Positions 10,935 through 21,433 are shown, counted from the stretch's first letter. The stretch is 64,000 nucleotides of DNA from Gemmatimonadota bacterium (GCA_003223415.1 QHUY01000028.1:1270-65269); one strand, 5' to 3'. A program made the numbers and translations. The notes: generated from the letters alone by a model not told the origin.

Positions 10935-12920
10935 TCACCGCACCGCGACGTGCAGCACGAACAGCACGCCTGCCACGAACAGCACCACGTAGAAGCCGAG
11001 CTCGCCGGTCTGCAGCCTGGAGCCGACCCAGCCGAGGGCGCGCGAGACGGCCGCGGCGCCGTTCACCCCCGCGCCGTCCACGAGCCGGACGTCCACGATC
11101 TTCCAGAGCACTTCACGCGACAGCCACATGATCGGCCGCACGATCAGGGCGTCGTAGATCTCGTCGCCGTACCATTTCTTCCACAGGACCCGCGCGAAGC
11201 CGGTCTCGGCCGGCGCCCGCTGGGCCGGCAGGAGGTCCGCGGGGCGAAGCATCCGCAACGCGCCCGCTATGCCGGCGAGCGCCACCGCCACGGCGATCCC
11301 GATCAGCGTCCACTCGGTGCCGGACGCGACCGCGTGCGCGGGCAGCAGCGCAGCGCCGGCCTCGGTGACGGGCGCCAGCCAGCGCTCCAGGCGGCTGCTG
11401 CCGCCCAGCAATGCCGGGAGGTTGAGCACCCCGCCGACGGCCGACAGCACGCCCAGCGCCACGAGCGGTCCGGTCATGACCCATGGCGCCTCACGCAGGA
11501 GGGGACGTTCCCGCTCGCCAGTGCGGTTCGGGCCGTGGAAGGTGTAGAGCATCAGGCGCGTCATGTAGAACGCCGTGAGCGACGCGGCCGCCAGGCCCAT
11601 TCCCCAGAACAGGTACCAGATCCGCTCGACGCCGCCGCGGGCGAACGCCGCGCTCAGGATCTCGTCCTTGGAGAAGAAGCCCGAGAGCGGCGGCACGCCC
11701 GCGATGGCGAGCGTCGCGATCCACATCAGCACCCACGTCCACGGCAGGTGAGCCTTGAGCCCGCCCATGTTGCGCATGTCCTGCGCGTCTTCATGGGAAT
11801 GGGTCGCGTGGTAGGCATGGTGGATCGCGTAGATGACGCTGCCCGAGCCGAGGAACAACAGCGCCTTGAAGAACGCGTGGGTGGCGAGGTGGAAGATGCC
11901 GGCGACGGTCGCTCCTCCCCCCGTCCCCACGCCGAGGAACATGTAGCCCAGCTGGGAGATCGTGGAGTACGCGAGGACGCGCTTGATGTCCCACTGTTTG
12001 AGGGCGATGGTCGCCGCGAACAACGCGGTGAGCGCCCCGACGCCGGCGACCACGGCGCTCGAGACCGGGGCGAGCGCGAACAAGAGGTTGCAGCGCGCCA
12101 CGAGGTACACACCCGCCGTCACCATGGTCGCGGCGTGGATGAGGGCCGAGACGGGGGTCGGGCCCTGCATCGCGTCGGGGAGCCAGGTGTACAGGGGGAT
12201 CTGCGCCGACTTGCCGGTGCAGCCGAGGAACAGGAACAGCGTGATCGCGGTGACGGCGGCGCTGCCGAGCGGGAACAGGCTCCGGGCCTTCGCGAACACA
12301 TCGGTGAAATTCAGGCTCCCGGCGTGCTGGAAAATCAGAAACATGGCGACCAGGAACCCGAAGTCGCCGACGCGGTTGACGATGAACGCCTTCTTGCCGG
12401 CGTCGGCGTTGATCTGCTCGGTGAACCAGAACCCGATCAGGAGGTAGGAGCAGAGTCCCACGCCTTCCCAGCCCACGAACATCACCGGGAAGCTCGCCCC
12501 GAGCACCAGCGTCAGCATGAAGAAGACGAACAGGTTCAGGTAGGCGAAATAGCGGGCGTAGCCGTCGTCCTCCCGCATGTAGCCGACGCTGAAGAGATGG
12601 ATCAGCGAGCCGACGCCGGTCACCACGAGCAGCATGACCGCCGACAGTGGATCGACCTGCAGGGCGGCGTTCACCTGCAGGCTGCCTACGGGCATCCAGG
12701 ACCAGTAGGTGAACACGACCGGCTCCGCCGCGTGGCCGACGGCGAGCGCGCGGACCACCGCGACTGCCACGCCGAAGGCCGCGACCACCGCGCCCACACC
12801 GATCACGGAGACGGCGGTCTTGGCCGTCGGCCGCACCAGGGCGAGGGTCCCGTTCAGCACGAACCCCAGCAGCGGCAGGAGGGGAACCAGCCAGACGAGG
12901 CTCATGGCGGTGCGAGTCAT
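10935..12920 (-). CDS. nuoL: NADH-quinone oxidoreductase subunit L
   Basis: 661-aa antiporter-like subunit. TGATG overlap with nuoK. An alternative ATG lies at 12905. Confidence 0.88.
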   Translation of the reverse strand: MTRTAMSLVWLVPLLPLLGFVLNGTLALVRPTAKTAVSVIGVGAVVAAFGVAVAVVRALAVGHAAEPVVFTYWSWMPVGSLQVNAALQVDPLSAVMLLVVTGVGSLIHLFSVGYMREDDGYARYFAYLNLFVFFMLTLVLGASFPVMFVGWEGVGLCSYLLIGFWFTEQINADAGKKAFIVNRVGDFGFLVAMFLIFQHAGSLNFTDVFAKARSLFPLGSAAVTAITLFLFLGCTGKSAQIPLYTWLPDAMQGPTPVSALIHAATMVTAGVYLVARCNLLFALAPVSSAVVAGVGALTALFAATIALKQWDIKRVLAYSTISQLGYMFLGVGTGGGATVAGIFHLATHAFFKALLFLGSGSVIYAIHHAYHATHSHEDAQDMRNMGGLKAHLPWTWVLMWIATLAIAGVPPLSGFFSKDEILSAAFARGGVERIWYLFWGMGLAAASLTAFYMTRLMLYTFHGPNRTGERERPLLREAPWVMTGPLVALGVLSAVGGVLNLPALLGGSSRLERWLAPVTEAGAALLPAHAVASGTEWTLIGIAVAVALAGIAGALRMLRPADLLPAQRAPAETGFARVLWKKWYGDEIYDALIVRPIMWLSREVLWKIVDVRLVDGAGVNGAAAVSRALGWVGSRLQTGELGFYVVLFVAGVLFVLHVAVR

Positions 12921-13215
12921 CAACCCTTCAGGAGGTTGATGTTGCCCAGGTCCACCGTCTCCCGGTGGCGGTAGATCGCCAGGATGATCGCCAGCCCGAC
13001 GGCCGCCTCCGCCGCCGCCACCGCCATCACGAAGAAGACGAAGATCTGTCCCGCGACGCCGAGCCGCTGGGCGAAAGCGACGAACGTGAGATTCACGGCG
13101 TTGAGCATCAGCTCGACGCACATGAAGATCACGATCGCGTTGCGGCGCACGAGCACGCCCGTGACGCCGATTGTGAACAGCACGGCCGAGACGGCGAGGG
13201 AGGGTCCGAGGAGCA

Positions 13216-13216
<1 letters not shown>
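12920..13216 (-). CDS. nuoK: NADH-quinone oxidoreductase subunit K
   Basis: 98 aa with 3 TM segments. TGATG junctions on both sides. Confidence 0.88.
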
Positions 13217-13752
<536 letters not shown>

Positions 13753-13756
13753 CGAG

Positions 13757-14263
13757 TCACTCGCCCTTGGGATCGGAGGGGTCCCACAGCGTCGAGACCG
13801 GGTGGGTCTGGGCGCAGAGGCGCTCCAGGTCGTACACGAACCGGTCGCGCGAGTACTCGGCGTTCTCGTAGTGCACGCCCACGTGGATGGCCTCTTCGGG
13901 ACAGACCTCCTGGCAGTAGCCGCAGAACACGCAGCGGAACTCGTCGATCTCGTAGATCAGCGGGTAGCGATTGCCCTGCTCGTCCTCGCCGGGGACCAGC
14001 TTGATGCAGTTGGCCGGGCAGATCTGGGGGCACAGGCCGCATGCCACGCACTTGGCCCGCCCCTGCTCGTCCGTGAGCATGCGGTGCGTGCCGCGCCAAC
14101 GGCCGGAGATCGTCCAGCTGGCGGTGCTGCGCTCCTCGGGGTATTGCATCGTTACCTTGGGCCGGAACAGGTGTTGCAGCGTGAGCGCCATGCCCTTGAG
14201 CGTGGCCCGGAGGTAGGAGGTCCGCTCGGTCGGCCGCTTCAGCACCTTCACGCCGATCGCCAT
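13757..14263 (-). CDS. nuoI: NADH-quinone oxidoreductase subunit I
   Basis: Two 4Fe-4S motifs, CVACGLCPQICP and CVFCGYCQEVCP. The ATG start forms a TGATG overlap with the nuoH stop. Confidence 0.9.
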   Translation of the reverse strand: MAIGVKVLKRPTERTSYLRATLKGMALTLQHLFRPKVTMQYPEERSTASWTISGRWRGTHRMLTDEQGRAKCVACGLCPQICPANCIKLVPGEDEQGNRYPLIYEIDEFRCVFCGYCQEVCPEEAIHVGVHYENAEYSRDRFVYDLERLCAQTHPVSTLWDPSDPKGE

Positions 14264-15426
14264 CAGGCGGCCCTCCGAGCGACCGAGCCCGAGACGATGC
14301 GTCCGCGGTCGAGTCCCCACACGGCCGCGACGAGCAACACGAGGTTCGCCGCCCCCAGCGTGAGGGCCATCGGCCGGTCATACGCCCAGCCCAGGTGCCC
14401 GTGCAAGTACCAGATGACCGTCGCCATGATCGTCAGATACACGAGGGTGGACGGCAAGAGGACCTTCCACCCGAGCGCCATCAGCTGATCGTAGCGGAAC
14501 CGCGGCAGCGTCCAGCGGATCCAGATGTAGGTGAAGAGGAAGGCGCCGGTCTTGATGCAGAACACCACTAGCGTCAGGAGGGTTTTCAGAACGCTCGGGT
14601 CGCCCGTATCGTCCCAGTGAGTGAACGGGATGTCCCAACCGCCGAAGAACAGCGTGGCCATCAGCGCCGAGGCGGTCACCATGTTCGAGTACTCGGCGAT
14701 GTAGAACATCGAGAACTTCATCGCGCTGTACTCGGTATGGTACCCGGCGATCAGCTCGCCTTCGGCTTCCGGCAGATCGAAGGGCAGCCGGTTGGTCTCG
14801 GCGAGCGCGCTGATGAAGAAGACGAGGAACGCGAGCGTCAGCGAGATCACGAACCAGCCTCCCTGTTGCTGCTGGGCGATCACCTGGGACAGGGTGACGT
14901 TCCCGGCGAGGAGCAACACCGCCACGGTGCTCATTCCCATCGCGATCTCGTAAGAGATCATTTGCGCACTGGCGCGCAGGCCGCCGAGCAGAGCGTACTT
15001 GTTGTTCGACGACCAACCCGCCAGCACGATCCCGTAGACCCCGAGCGAGCTGATGGCGAGGATGTAGAGGAACCCGACCGGGAGGTCGGCCACCACCATC
15101 GGGACCAGGCCCCACTGCGTGGGCAGCGGAGCCGCGAACGGGATCACGGCGAAGGTGAGGAGGGCCGGCGTGAAGGAGAGCGCCGGGGCGAGGACGAAGG
15201 TCCAGAAGTCCGCCTGCGCGGGGTACGTTTCCTCTTTGAGGAAGTTCTTCAGGCCGTCGGCCGCCGGCTGCAGGAGGCCTTGCGGACCGACGCGGTTGGG
15301 GCCGAGGCGGTCCTGCATCCACGCGCAGATGCGCCGCTCGGCGAGCGTGAGCAGTGCCACGCCCACCATGATGGCGGTGAAGACCACCACGATCTTGATG
15401 ATCGAGCTGACGAGGAAAAACGTCAC
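14263..15426 (-). CDS. nuoH: NADH-quinone oxidoreductase subunit H
   Basis: RLGPNRVGPQGLLQPAADGLK motif. GTGA overlap with the nuoG stop. 387 aa. Confidence 0.9.
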   Translation of the reverse strand: MTFFLVSSIIKIVVVFTAIMVGVALLTLAERRICAWMQDRLGPNRVGPQGLLQPAADGLKNFLKEETYPAQADFWTFVLAPALSFTPALLTFAVIPFAAPLPTQWGLVPMVVADLPVGFLYILAISSLGVYGIVLAGWSSNNKYALLGGLRASAQMISYEIAMGMSTVAVLLLAGNVTLSQVIAQQQQGGWFVISLTLAFLVFFISALAETNRLPFDLPEAEGELIAGYHTEYSAMKFSMFYIAEYSNMVTASALMATLFFGGWDIPFTHWDDTGDPSVLKTLLTLVVFCIKTGAFLFTYIWIRWTLPRFRYDQLMALGWKVLLPSTLVYLTIMATVIWYLHGHLGWAYDRPMALTLGAANLVLLVAAVWGLDRGRIVSGSVARRAA

Positions 15427-17000
15427 GCCGGCACCCCCGCTCCCTGACCTATCCCCTTCCCCGTCACTCCCAACGCCGCGTAGGACAGCCCCGCGAAGGC
15501 GTCCACCGTCCCCGCCAGCAGGTCGAAGGCCTCGGCAGCGCTGCCCGGCCGGTCGGGCGCCTCGAGCAGCTCGCCCAACGCCCACCACGCTGGCCGCGCC
15601 ATGCCGGGAGCGGGCTTGGCCGGGAAGTAGCGCTGCACTCGGCCGTCGCGGTTGACGAAGGTGCCTTCCTCCTCCGCCACGTTGGCGATCGGGAGCACGA
15701 TGTCGGCGCCACGAGCGCTCTCGGGGAGCGTCACGCCGAGGTAGATCAAGGCCCCCGCGCCGTGCGCCGGAACGTCGGGCTCGTCCAGCACCAGCACCAC
15801 GGCCGCGGTCTGGGCGACCCGGAGGGCGGACGAGACGCCGTTCGTGTAGCCCAACAGCTCGGCCCCCTTCACGTTGGGCGCGCGCTCCGGCCGGAGCGCG
15901 AGGTTCGGCACCCCCGCCAGCGGCGCTTCCTCGCCCATCGTGACCTGGAAGGCGCCGGTCCATTCGTGCTCCCGTTCTTTTCCCGCCAGCACCCGGCGCG
16001 CCAGGAACAATGCCTCGGTCGAAGCCTTGGGCGACACGATCGCCACGGCCGCGCCCCCCCTCCCCCGCCGCCCCCTAGTGCCGCGTAGCAGTGCGCGCGC
16101 CCGGTCCAGCGCTTCGTCCCAATCCACCGCCCGCAGCTCCCCGTCCTGCTTGACGAGCGGGGCCTCGATGCGGTCGCCGCGGTTCATCCAGCGGTAGCTC
16201 ATGCGGCCGTGGTCGCAGATGAAGTAGCGGTTCACCTCGAGGTTCGGCCGTGGGCGCACGCGCACGATGACGTTGTCGCGCACGTCGAGCGTGACGTTGC
16301 AGCCCTGGGTGCAGCCGGTGCACACCGAGGCCGACTTGTCCAGCTCCCAGGCCCGCGCCTTATGGAGGAAGTCCTTGGACAAGAGCGAGCCCACCGGGCA
16401 GAGGTCTACGACGTTCCCCGCCCAGGGATGGTCGAGCCGCGCATCGGGGTGGATGCCGATGTAGGCCCGGTCGCCGCGCTCGGAGACGTTGAGCACCGGC
16501 TCCTGGGCCACGTCCTCCATGAAGCGGACGCAGCGGGTGCAGAGGATGCAGCGGTTCGCCACGTACAGTACGTCCGGGCCGAAGTCTTCGACCGGATTGA
16601 AGCGCTTGGGATACTCGGCGTAGCGCGTGCCGGCCCGCCCCTCCTGGAAGACGAAGTCCTGCAGCTCGCACTCGCCCGCCTGGTCGCAGATCGGGCAGTC
16701 GAGCGGATGGTTGATGAGCAAGAACTCGAGCACGCTCTGCCGCGCGTCTTTGGCCTGGGACGACTGCGTCCTCACGATCATCCCTTCGGTCACCGGTGTC
16801 GCGCAGGCGATCTGCAGCTTCGGGGCCTTCTCGATCTCGACCAGGCACATGCGGCACACCCCGGCCACGGGCAGGCCCGGGTGGTAGCAGTAGTGCGGGA
16901 CCAACACTCCCGCCTGCTTGGCGGCCTCGATGACCAACGTCCCCGGCGCGACGCTCACCGGGACGCCATCGACTGTGAGATTGATCAGGCCATCAGGCAT
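15423..17000 (-). CDS. nuoG: NADH-quinone oxidoreductase subunit G (short form, 525 aa)
   Basis: N-terminal 2Fe-2S and 4Fe-4S cysteine clusters (CRMCLVEI, CPICDQAGECELQD, CILCTRCVRF). Confidence 0.88.
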   Translation of the reverse strand: MPDGLINLTVDGVPVSVAPGTLVIEAAKQAGVLVPHYCYHPGLPVAGVCRMCLVEIEKAPKLQIACATPVTEGMIVRTQSSQAKDARQSVLEFLLINHPLDCPICDQAGECELQDFVFQEGRAGTRYAEYPKRFNPVEDFGPDVLYVANRCILCTRCVRFMEDVAQEPVLNVSERGDRAYIGIHPDARLDHPWAGNVVDLCPVGSLLSKDFLHKARAWELDKSASVCTGCTQGCNVTLDVRDNVIVRVRPRPNLEVNRYFICDHGRMSYRWMNRGDRIEAPLVKQDGELRAVDWDEALDRARALLRGTRGRRGRGGAAVAIVSPKASTEALFLARRVLAGKEREHEWTGAFQVTMGEEAPLAGVPNLALRPERAPNVKGAELLGYTNGVSSALRVAQTAAVVLVLDEPDVPAHGAGALIYLGVTLPESARGADIVLPIANVAEEEGTFVNRDGRVQRYFPAKPAPGMARPAWWALGELLEAPDRPGSAAEAFDLLAGTVDAFAGLSYAALGVTGKGIGQGAGVPA

Positions 17001-17023
17001 CGGCTGTCAGACCCCCCCCCCCC

Positions 17024-18301
17024 TCAGGCCGCCACGGGGCGCTTCTTCCCCGTGATGTAGGCTTCGAACTCGCTCTTGAACTTCTTGATCCCGCTCACGA
17101 CCGGTGCGGCGCACGAGTCCGACAGCACGCAGATCGTCTTCCCCGTCATGTTGTCGGCGAGGTCGAGCAGCAGGTCGAGGTCTTTCATGGCGCCCTGCCC
17201 GGTGAGGATCCGCTCCAGAATCCTGGTGGTCCAGGCGGTGCCCTCGCGGCACTGGGTGCACTGGGCGCACGACTCGTGCGCGTAGAACCGTGCGAGTCGC
17301 ATGATCTGGTAGACCATGTCGGTCGAGTCGTCGAACACGATCACGCCGCCCGAACCGAGCATCGTCCCCTTCTCAACGCAGCCCTCGTAGTCCAGCAGGC
17401 AACTCTCGCTCTCCTCCCGGTTGAGAATCGGCACCGAGGAGCCGCCCGGGATGCACGCCTTGAGGGTGCGGCCCGGCCGCATCCCGCCGCCCAACTCGTA
17501 GAGCAGGTCCTTGAGTGGGAACCCCATGGTCACCTCATAGTTGCCGGGCTTGGCGAGATGGCCGCACACGGAGAACAGCTTGGTGCCGGTGCTCTTGGGG
17601 TTGGACAGGCTCAGGCCTTTGTACCAGGCGGCGCCGTTCTTGAGGATGTGGGGGACGGCGACGAGGGTCTCGACGTTGTTGATCGTCGTGGGCATGCCGA
17701 ACACGCCGGCGGCCGCCGGGAACGGCGGCTTGATGCGCGGGTTCCCGCGCTTGCCCTCGATCGAATTCATCATCGCCGTCTCCTCGCCGCAGATGTAGGC
17801 GCCCGCGCCGCGGTGCAGGTAGATCTTCATGTTCCCGAACACGCCGGCGGTGCTCGCTTCGGCGAGCGCCTTCTCCAGGATGGCGAGCGGCTCGGTGAAC
17901 TCGCCACGCACGTAGATGTAGGTCACCTCGGCGCGGATCGCGTGCGCGGCGATCGCCGTCCCTTCCAGCAAGGCGTGCGGCGTCCAGCGCATGATCTCGC
18001 GGTCCTTGAACGTCCCTGGCTCGGACTCGTCCGCGTTCACGCACAGGTAATGGGGCTTCGTTTTCTCCTTCGGCATGAACGACCACTTGAGCCCGGTGGG
18101 GAAGCCCGCGCCGCCGCGGCCGCGCACCCCGGATGTCTTCACTTCTTCGATGATCGCCGCGGGGTCCGTGGCCAGCGCGTTTTTCAAGGCCTCGTAGCCC
18201 CCCCGCCGCACCCAGCCTTTGTAGGTGCGCGCCTCGGGGTCTCCGAAGTGCTTGGAGAGGACGACGGTCTCCCTGGGATGCGGTTTGTGGGGGTAGCCCA
18301 T
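17024..18301 (-). CDS. nuoF: NADH-quinone oxidoreductase subunit F
   Basis: GRGGAGFPTGLKW (FMN/NADH site) and ESCAQCTQCREG (N3 cluster). ATG at 18301, or the adjacent GTG at 18304. Confidence 0.92.
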   Translation of the reverse strand: MGYPHKPHPRETVVLSKHFGDPEARTYKGWVRRGGYEALKNALATDPAAIIEEVKTSGVRGRGGAGFPTGLKWSFMPKEKTKPHYLCVNADESEPGTFKDREIMRWTPHALLEGTAIAAHAIRAEVTYIYVRGEFTEPLAILEKALAEASTAGVFGNMKIYLHRGAGAYICGEETAMMNSIEGKRGNPRIKPPFPAAAGVFGMPTTINNVETLVAVPHILKNGAAWYKGLSLSNPKSTGTKLFSVCGHLAKPGNYEVTMGFPLKDLLYELGGGMRPGRTLKACIPGGSSVPILNREESESCLLDYEGCVEKGTMLGSGGVIVFDDSTDMVYQIMRLARFYAHESCAQCTQCREGTAWTTRILERILTGQGAMKDLDLLLDLADNMTGKTICVLSDSCAAPVVSGIKKFKSEFEAYITGKKRPVAA

Positions 18302-18316
18302 CACCGGTCCTCAAGA

Positions 18317-18436
18317 GTGCGGAATGCGGAATTCGGAATGCGGAATTGGCCGTGCCATGTTCGACCTGGACGGCAGGCCGCGGGGATCGAACCTGCTCCT
18401 GCCATTCCGCATTCCGCACTCCGTATTCCGCATTGG
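18317..18436. repeat. Mirrored heptamer element, family A (unit ATGCGGA, four copies per arm, about 50-nt spacer)
   Basis: Left arm 18317-18350 reads GTGCGGA ATGCGGA ATTCGGA ATGCGGA. Right arm 18401-18436 is its imperfect reverse complement. It lies in the nuoE-nuoF gap and is flanked by TCACCGGT at 18301-18308 and 18441-18448. Confidence 0.85.
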
Positions 18437-18440
18437 TTCT

Positions 18441-18938
18441 TCACCGGTACTTCCTCACCAGCTCGGGGACCTTCTCCGGCGTCACGCTCTCGATAAAGTC
18501 ATCGTTTATGAGGACCGGCGTCGCGAAGCCGCAAGCGCCCAGGCACTCCACCTCGATCACGGTCCACTGGCCGTCGGGGCTCGTCGCGCCCAGGTCCTTC
18601 GCCCCCGTGTGCTCGAGCAGCGCGCGGACCACGCCCTCCGCCCCGCAGATGTTGCACGGCGACGTCGTGCACACCTGCACGAAGTTCTTCCCCACCGGAT
18701 GCTGGTGGTACATCGTGTAAAAAGTGACGACGCCTTTCACGTAGGCCGGCGTGAGCCCCAGCACCTCCGCCACCTCGGTCATGCTGCGGTCGGAGATCCA
18801 GCCGCGCTCGCGCTGCACCAGCCACAGTGCCGGCAGCAGGGCGGCCTGCTTGGCGGGATAGCGCGTCAGGATCTCGTCGAGCTGCGCCCGCGTCTTGCCG
18901 GCGAAGACCGCCTGATACTCCTGCGTCGCGGTGCTCAT
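18441..18938 (-). CDS. nuoE: NADH-quinone oxidoreductase subunit E
   Basis: 2Fe-2S motifs CTTSPCNICG and CLGACGFATP. ATGA overlap with the nuoD stop. 165 aa. Confidence 0.9.
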   Translation of the reverse strand: MSTATQEYQAVFAGKTRAQLDEILTRYPAKQAALLPALWLVQRERGWISDRSMTEVAEVLGLTPAYVKGVVTFYTMYHQHPVGKNFVQVCTTSPCNICGAEGVVRALLEHTGAKDLGATSPDGQWTVIEVECLGACGFATPVLINDDFIESVTPEKVPELVRKYR

Positions 18939-20218
18939 CGGTCCACTTCGCCCATCACGATGTCCACCGACGCATTGATCGCGATCAAGTCCGAGAGGAG
19001 GTGTCCCTCGGCCATCTTCGAGATCGCGGCCAGGTTGATGAACGACGGCGGCCGGATGCGCCACCGCACCGGCTTCGCGCTGCCGTCGGAGACGAAATAG
19101 TTCCCGAGCTCGCCCTTGGGGTTCTCGATCCCGACGTAGGCCTCCCCCACCGGCGCCTTCACGCCCTCCATCACCTGCTTGAAGTGGAAGATCATGGCTT
19201 CCATGTCGCTCATCGCGCGCGACTTGGGCGGCAGGATCACGCGCGGATCGTCCACGTTGACCGGGCCGTCGGGCAACCGGTCGAGGGTTTGCTGCAGGAT
19301 GCGGTTCGATTGATGGCACTCCTCGAGCCGCAGCAGGTAGCGGTCGTACACGTCTCCGTGCTCGCCCACCGGGACGTCGAAGTCGTACGTCTCGTAGTCC
19401 AGGTAGGGCTGGTCCTTGCGCATGTCCCACGGCACGCCGCTGGCGCGCAGCATCGGGCCAGAGAGCGAATAGTTGATCGCCTCGTCGGCCGTGAGCACGC
19501 CGATGCCCTGGGTGCGCCCCGCCCACACGGCGTTGCGCGTCAGGACCCGGTCGATCTCGTTCAGCGTGTTGGGGTACGTCTGGGTGAATTGGCGCAGCCC
19601 CTCGACGAAGCCGTCGGGCACGTCGGCCATCAGGCCGCCGACGCGGGTCAGGCTCGTGGTGAGCCGGGCCCCGGTCCACATCTCCTGGAGGTTGTAGATC
19701 CGCTCGCGCTCCTGGAACGCCCACAGGAACGGCGTGAAGGCGCCCAGGTCGATCGAGGTCGTGCCGAGCCAGACCATATGGGAGATGATGCGGCTCATCT
19801 CGCAGGCGATCACCCGCAGCACCTTGCAGCGCGGCGTGATCTCGATCCCCATCAGCTTCTCGGCCGCCATCGCCATGCCGACGTTGTTCGCCATGGGCGA
19901 CAGGTAGTCGGTGCGGTCGGTCAGCGGGATGATCTGGTTGTAGTGGCGGTATTCGCCGAGCTTCTCGAATCCCGAGTGCAGGTAGCCGACGTGCGGGATC
20001 ACCCGCACCACCGTCTCGCCGTCGAGCTCGACAACCAACCGCAGGACGCCGTGTGTAGCGGGGTGCTGGGGGCCGAGGTTGATCAGCAGGTGCTCGCCGC
20101 CGAGGTCGTGCTCCTGCCCCTCCCCTGCGGGCCCGGCGGCGAGCGGGACCCGGGTGGGGGCGCCTCCGGCGCCGAGCCCCGGGGTCGCCAGCTCGAAGTC
20201 GATGGTGCGCTTGCTCAT
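18935..20218 (-). CDS. nuoD: NADH-quinone oxidoreductase subunit D
   Basis: NLGPQHPATHGVLRL motif. ATGA overlap with the nuoC stop. 427 aa. Confidence 0.92.
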   Translation of the reverse strand: MSKRTIDFELATPGLGAGGAPTRVPLAAGPAGEGQEHDLGGEHLLINLGPQHPATHGVLRLVVELDGETVVRVIPHVGYLHSGFEKLGEYRHYNQIIPLTDRTDYLSPMANNVGMAMAAEKLMGIEITPRCKVLRVIACEMSRIISHMVWLGTTSIDLGAFTPFLWAFQERERIYNLQEMWTGARLTTSLTRVGGLMADVPDGFVEGLRQFTQTYPNTLNEIDRVLTRNAVWAGRTQGIGVLTADEAINYSLSGPMLRASGVPWDMRKDQPYLDYETYDFDVPVGEHGDVYDRYLLRLEECHQSNRILQQTLDRLPDGPVNVDDPRVILPPKSRAMSDMEAMIFHFKQVMEGVKAPVGEAYVGIENPKGELGNYFVSDGSAKPVRWRIRPPSFINLAAISKMAEGHLLSDLIAINASVDIVMGEVDR

Positions 20219-20832
20219 TCGGATTCGGGGACCGTGCCGCGCTGCCCGCGGCGCAGGCGCTCGCGCATGTCGGGGGGAAGCTCGTCGTAGGCTTCGGCGA
20301 TCGACAGCTCCTCGATCGAGTAATGGGCCTCCGGGTTGGCGTTCAGCGCTTGGCGCACCTGCTCCGCGCGGCTGAACCGCCCCCGCAGCGGGAAGTCCTT
20401 GCGGAGGGGGTAGCCCTCGGCATAGGTCTCCCACATCAAGATGCGGCGCAGGTCGGGGTGCCCCGCGAACACGATCCCGAACATGTCGTAGACCTCGCGC
20501 TCCAGCCAGTTGGCGCCCGCCCACAGCGGCGTCACCGAGTCCACGGTCAGCTCGCCGCTCGGGTCGAGCTCCACTTTCACCCGCAGGTCCGCCTTGCGCT
20601 CCAGCGAGCGCAGGAAATAGACGACCTCGAGCGGCCGCTCGCGGTCGCGGTATTCGACCGCCGTGATGTCCACGAGGTAATCGTGGCGCTGGCCGGGGGT
20701 GTCCCGCAGCCAGCGCATGATCTCGAGAAGGTTGGCGGACCCGACGGTCACGATCGTGTCGCCGCACGCCTCCTGCGCGCGGCCGATCGCGGAGCCGAAG
20801 GTCGCACGGAGCGCGTCGACGGACGGGTTCAC
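20215..20832 (-). CDS. nuoC: NADH-quinone oxidoreductase subunit C
   Basis: 205 aa with 30-kDa subunit signatures ([24 protein letters not shown]). Confidence 0.9.
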   Translation of the reverse strand: MNPSVDALRATFGSAIGRAQEACGDTIVTVGSANLLEIMRWLRDTPGQRHDYLVDITAVEYRDRERPLEVVYFLRSLERKADLRVKVELDPSGELTVDSVTPLWAGANWLEREVYDMFGIVFAGHPDLRRILMWETYAEGYPLRKDFPLRGRFSRAEQVRQALNANPEAHYSIEELSIAEAYDELPPDMRERLRRGQRGTVPESE

Positions 20833-21431
20833 GCCGAGCGGTACTGATGAATGGAGTTGCCGAAGGGCTCCGAGATCTCGTCGATCTGCTCGGGCGGGAG
20901 CCGGAGCCCGTGCGCATCGAGCGGCTGCTCGTCGCGCAGGCCGGGGATCGCGAGGGATTCACCTTTGATCTTCTTGTGGAGCAGCAGCACGCCGTACAGC
21001 AGCCCCTCAGGGCGCGGCGGGCAGCCCGGGACGTAGACGTCCACGGGCACGATTGTGTCGATGCCCTGCACCATCGCGTAGTTGTCGAAGATGCCGCCAG
21101 TCGAGGCACAGGCGCCCATCGAGATGACCCACTTGGGCTGGGGCATCTGGTCGTAGATGGTGCGGATGACCGGCGCCAGCTTGAACGGCAGCCGGCCGGC
21201 ACAAATGAGCACGTCCGCCTGGCGCGGGGAGAAGGCCTGCCGCTCCATCCCGAAGCGCGCGAAGTCGTAGCGGCTCGCCGCAGTGGCCATGAACTCGATC
21301 GCGCAGCAGGCGGTGCCGAACGGCATCGGCCACAGGGAGTTGGCGCGCGCCCAGTTCACCAGCGCGTCGAACCGGGTCAACAGCCAATTCTGGCTCCCCG
21401 ACACCTCTTTGGTCTCGAAGACTCGTTTCAT
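20829..21431 (-). CDS. nuoB: NADH-quinone oxidoreductase subunit B
   Basis: N2-cluster cysteines in [16 protein letters not shown] and VPGCPPRPE. 200 aa. Confidence 0.92.
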   Translation of the reverse strand: MKRVFETKEVSGSQNWLLTRFDALVNWARANSLWPMPFGTACCAIEFMATAASRYDFARFGMERQAFSPRQADVLICAGRLPFKLAPVIRTIYDQMPQPKWVISMGACASTGGIFDNYAMVQGIDTIVPVDVYVPGCPPRPEGLLYGVLLLHKKIKGESLAIPGLRDEQPLDAHGLRLPPEQIDEISEPFGNSIHQYRSA

Positions 21432-21433
21432 AC

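Noticed and set aside
9603-12974. An 1123-aa plus-strand ORF. Similar very long ORFs occur at 5930-7927 (+), 28997-31246 (-), 31317-33596 (+), 49795-51729 (+) and 33814-35430 (+).
   Set aside because: All lie antisense to, or out of frame with, strongly conserved genes (nuoL/M, UPF0182/PMM, the histidine kinase, ndh/sdhB, dnaB/radA, sdhA). They translate to Arg/Gly/Ala/His/Pro-rich low-complexity sequence. These are shadow ORFs, expected when stop codons are rare in GC-rich DNA.
18351-18400. A tRNA-like motif (GGGGATCGAACC, resembling the reverse complement of a T-arm) in the spacer of the nuoE-nuoF element.
   Set aside because: No acceptor stem, anticodon arm or D-arm can be built around it. 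It is most likely chance similarity in GC-rich sequence.
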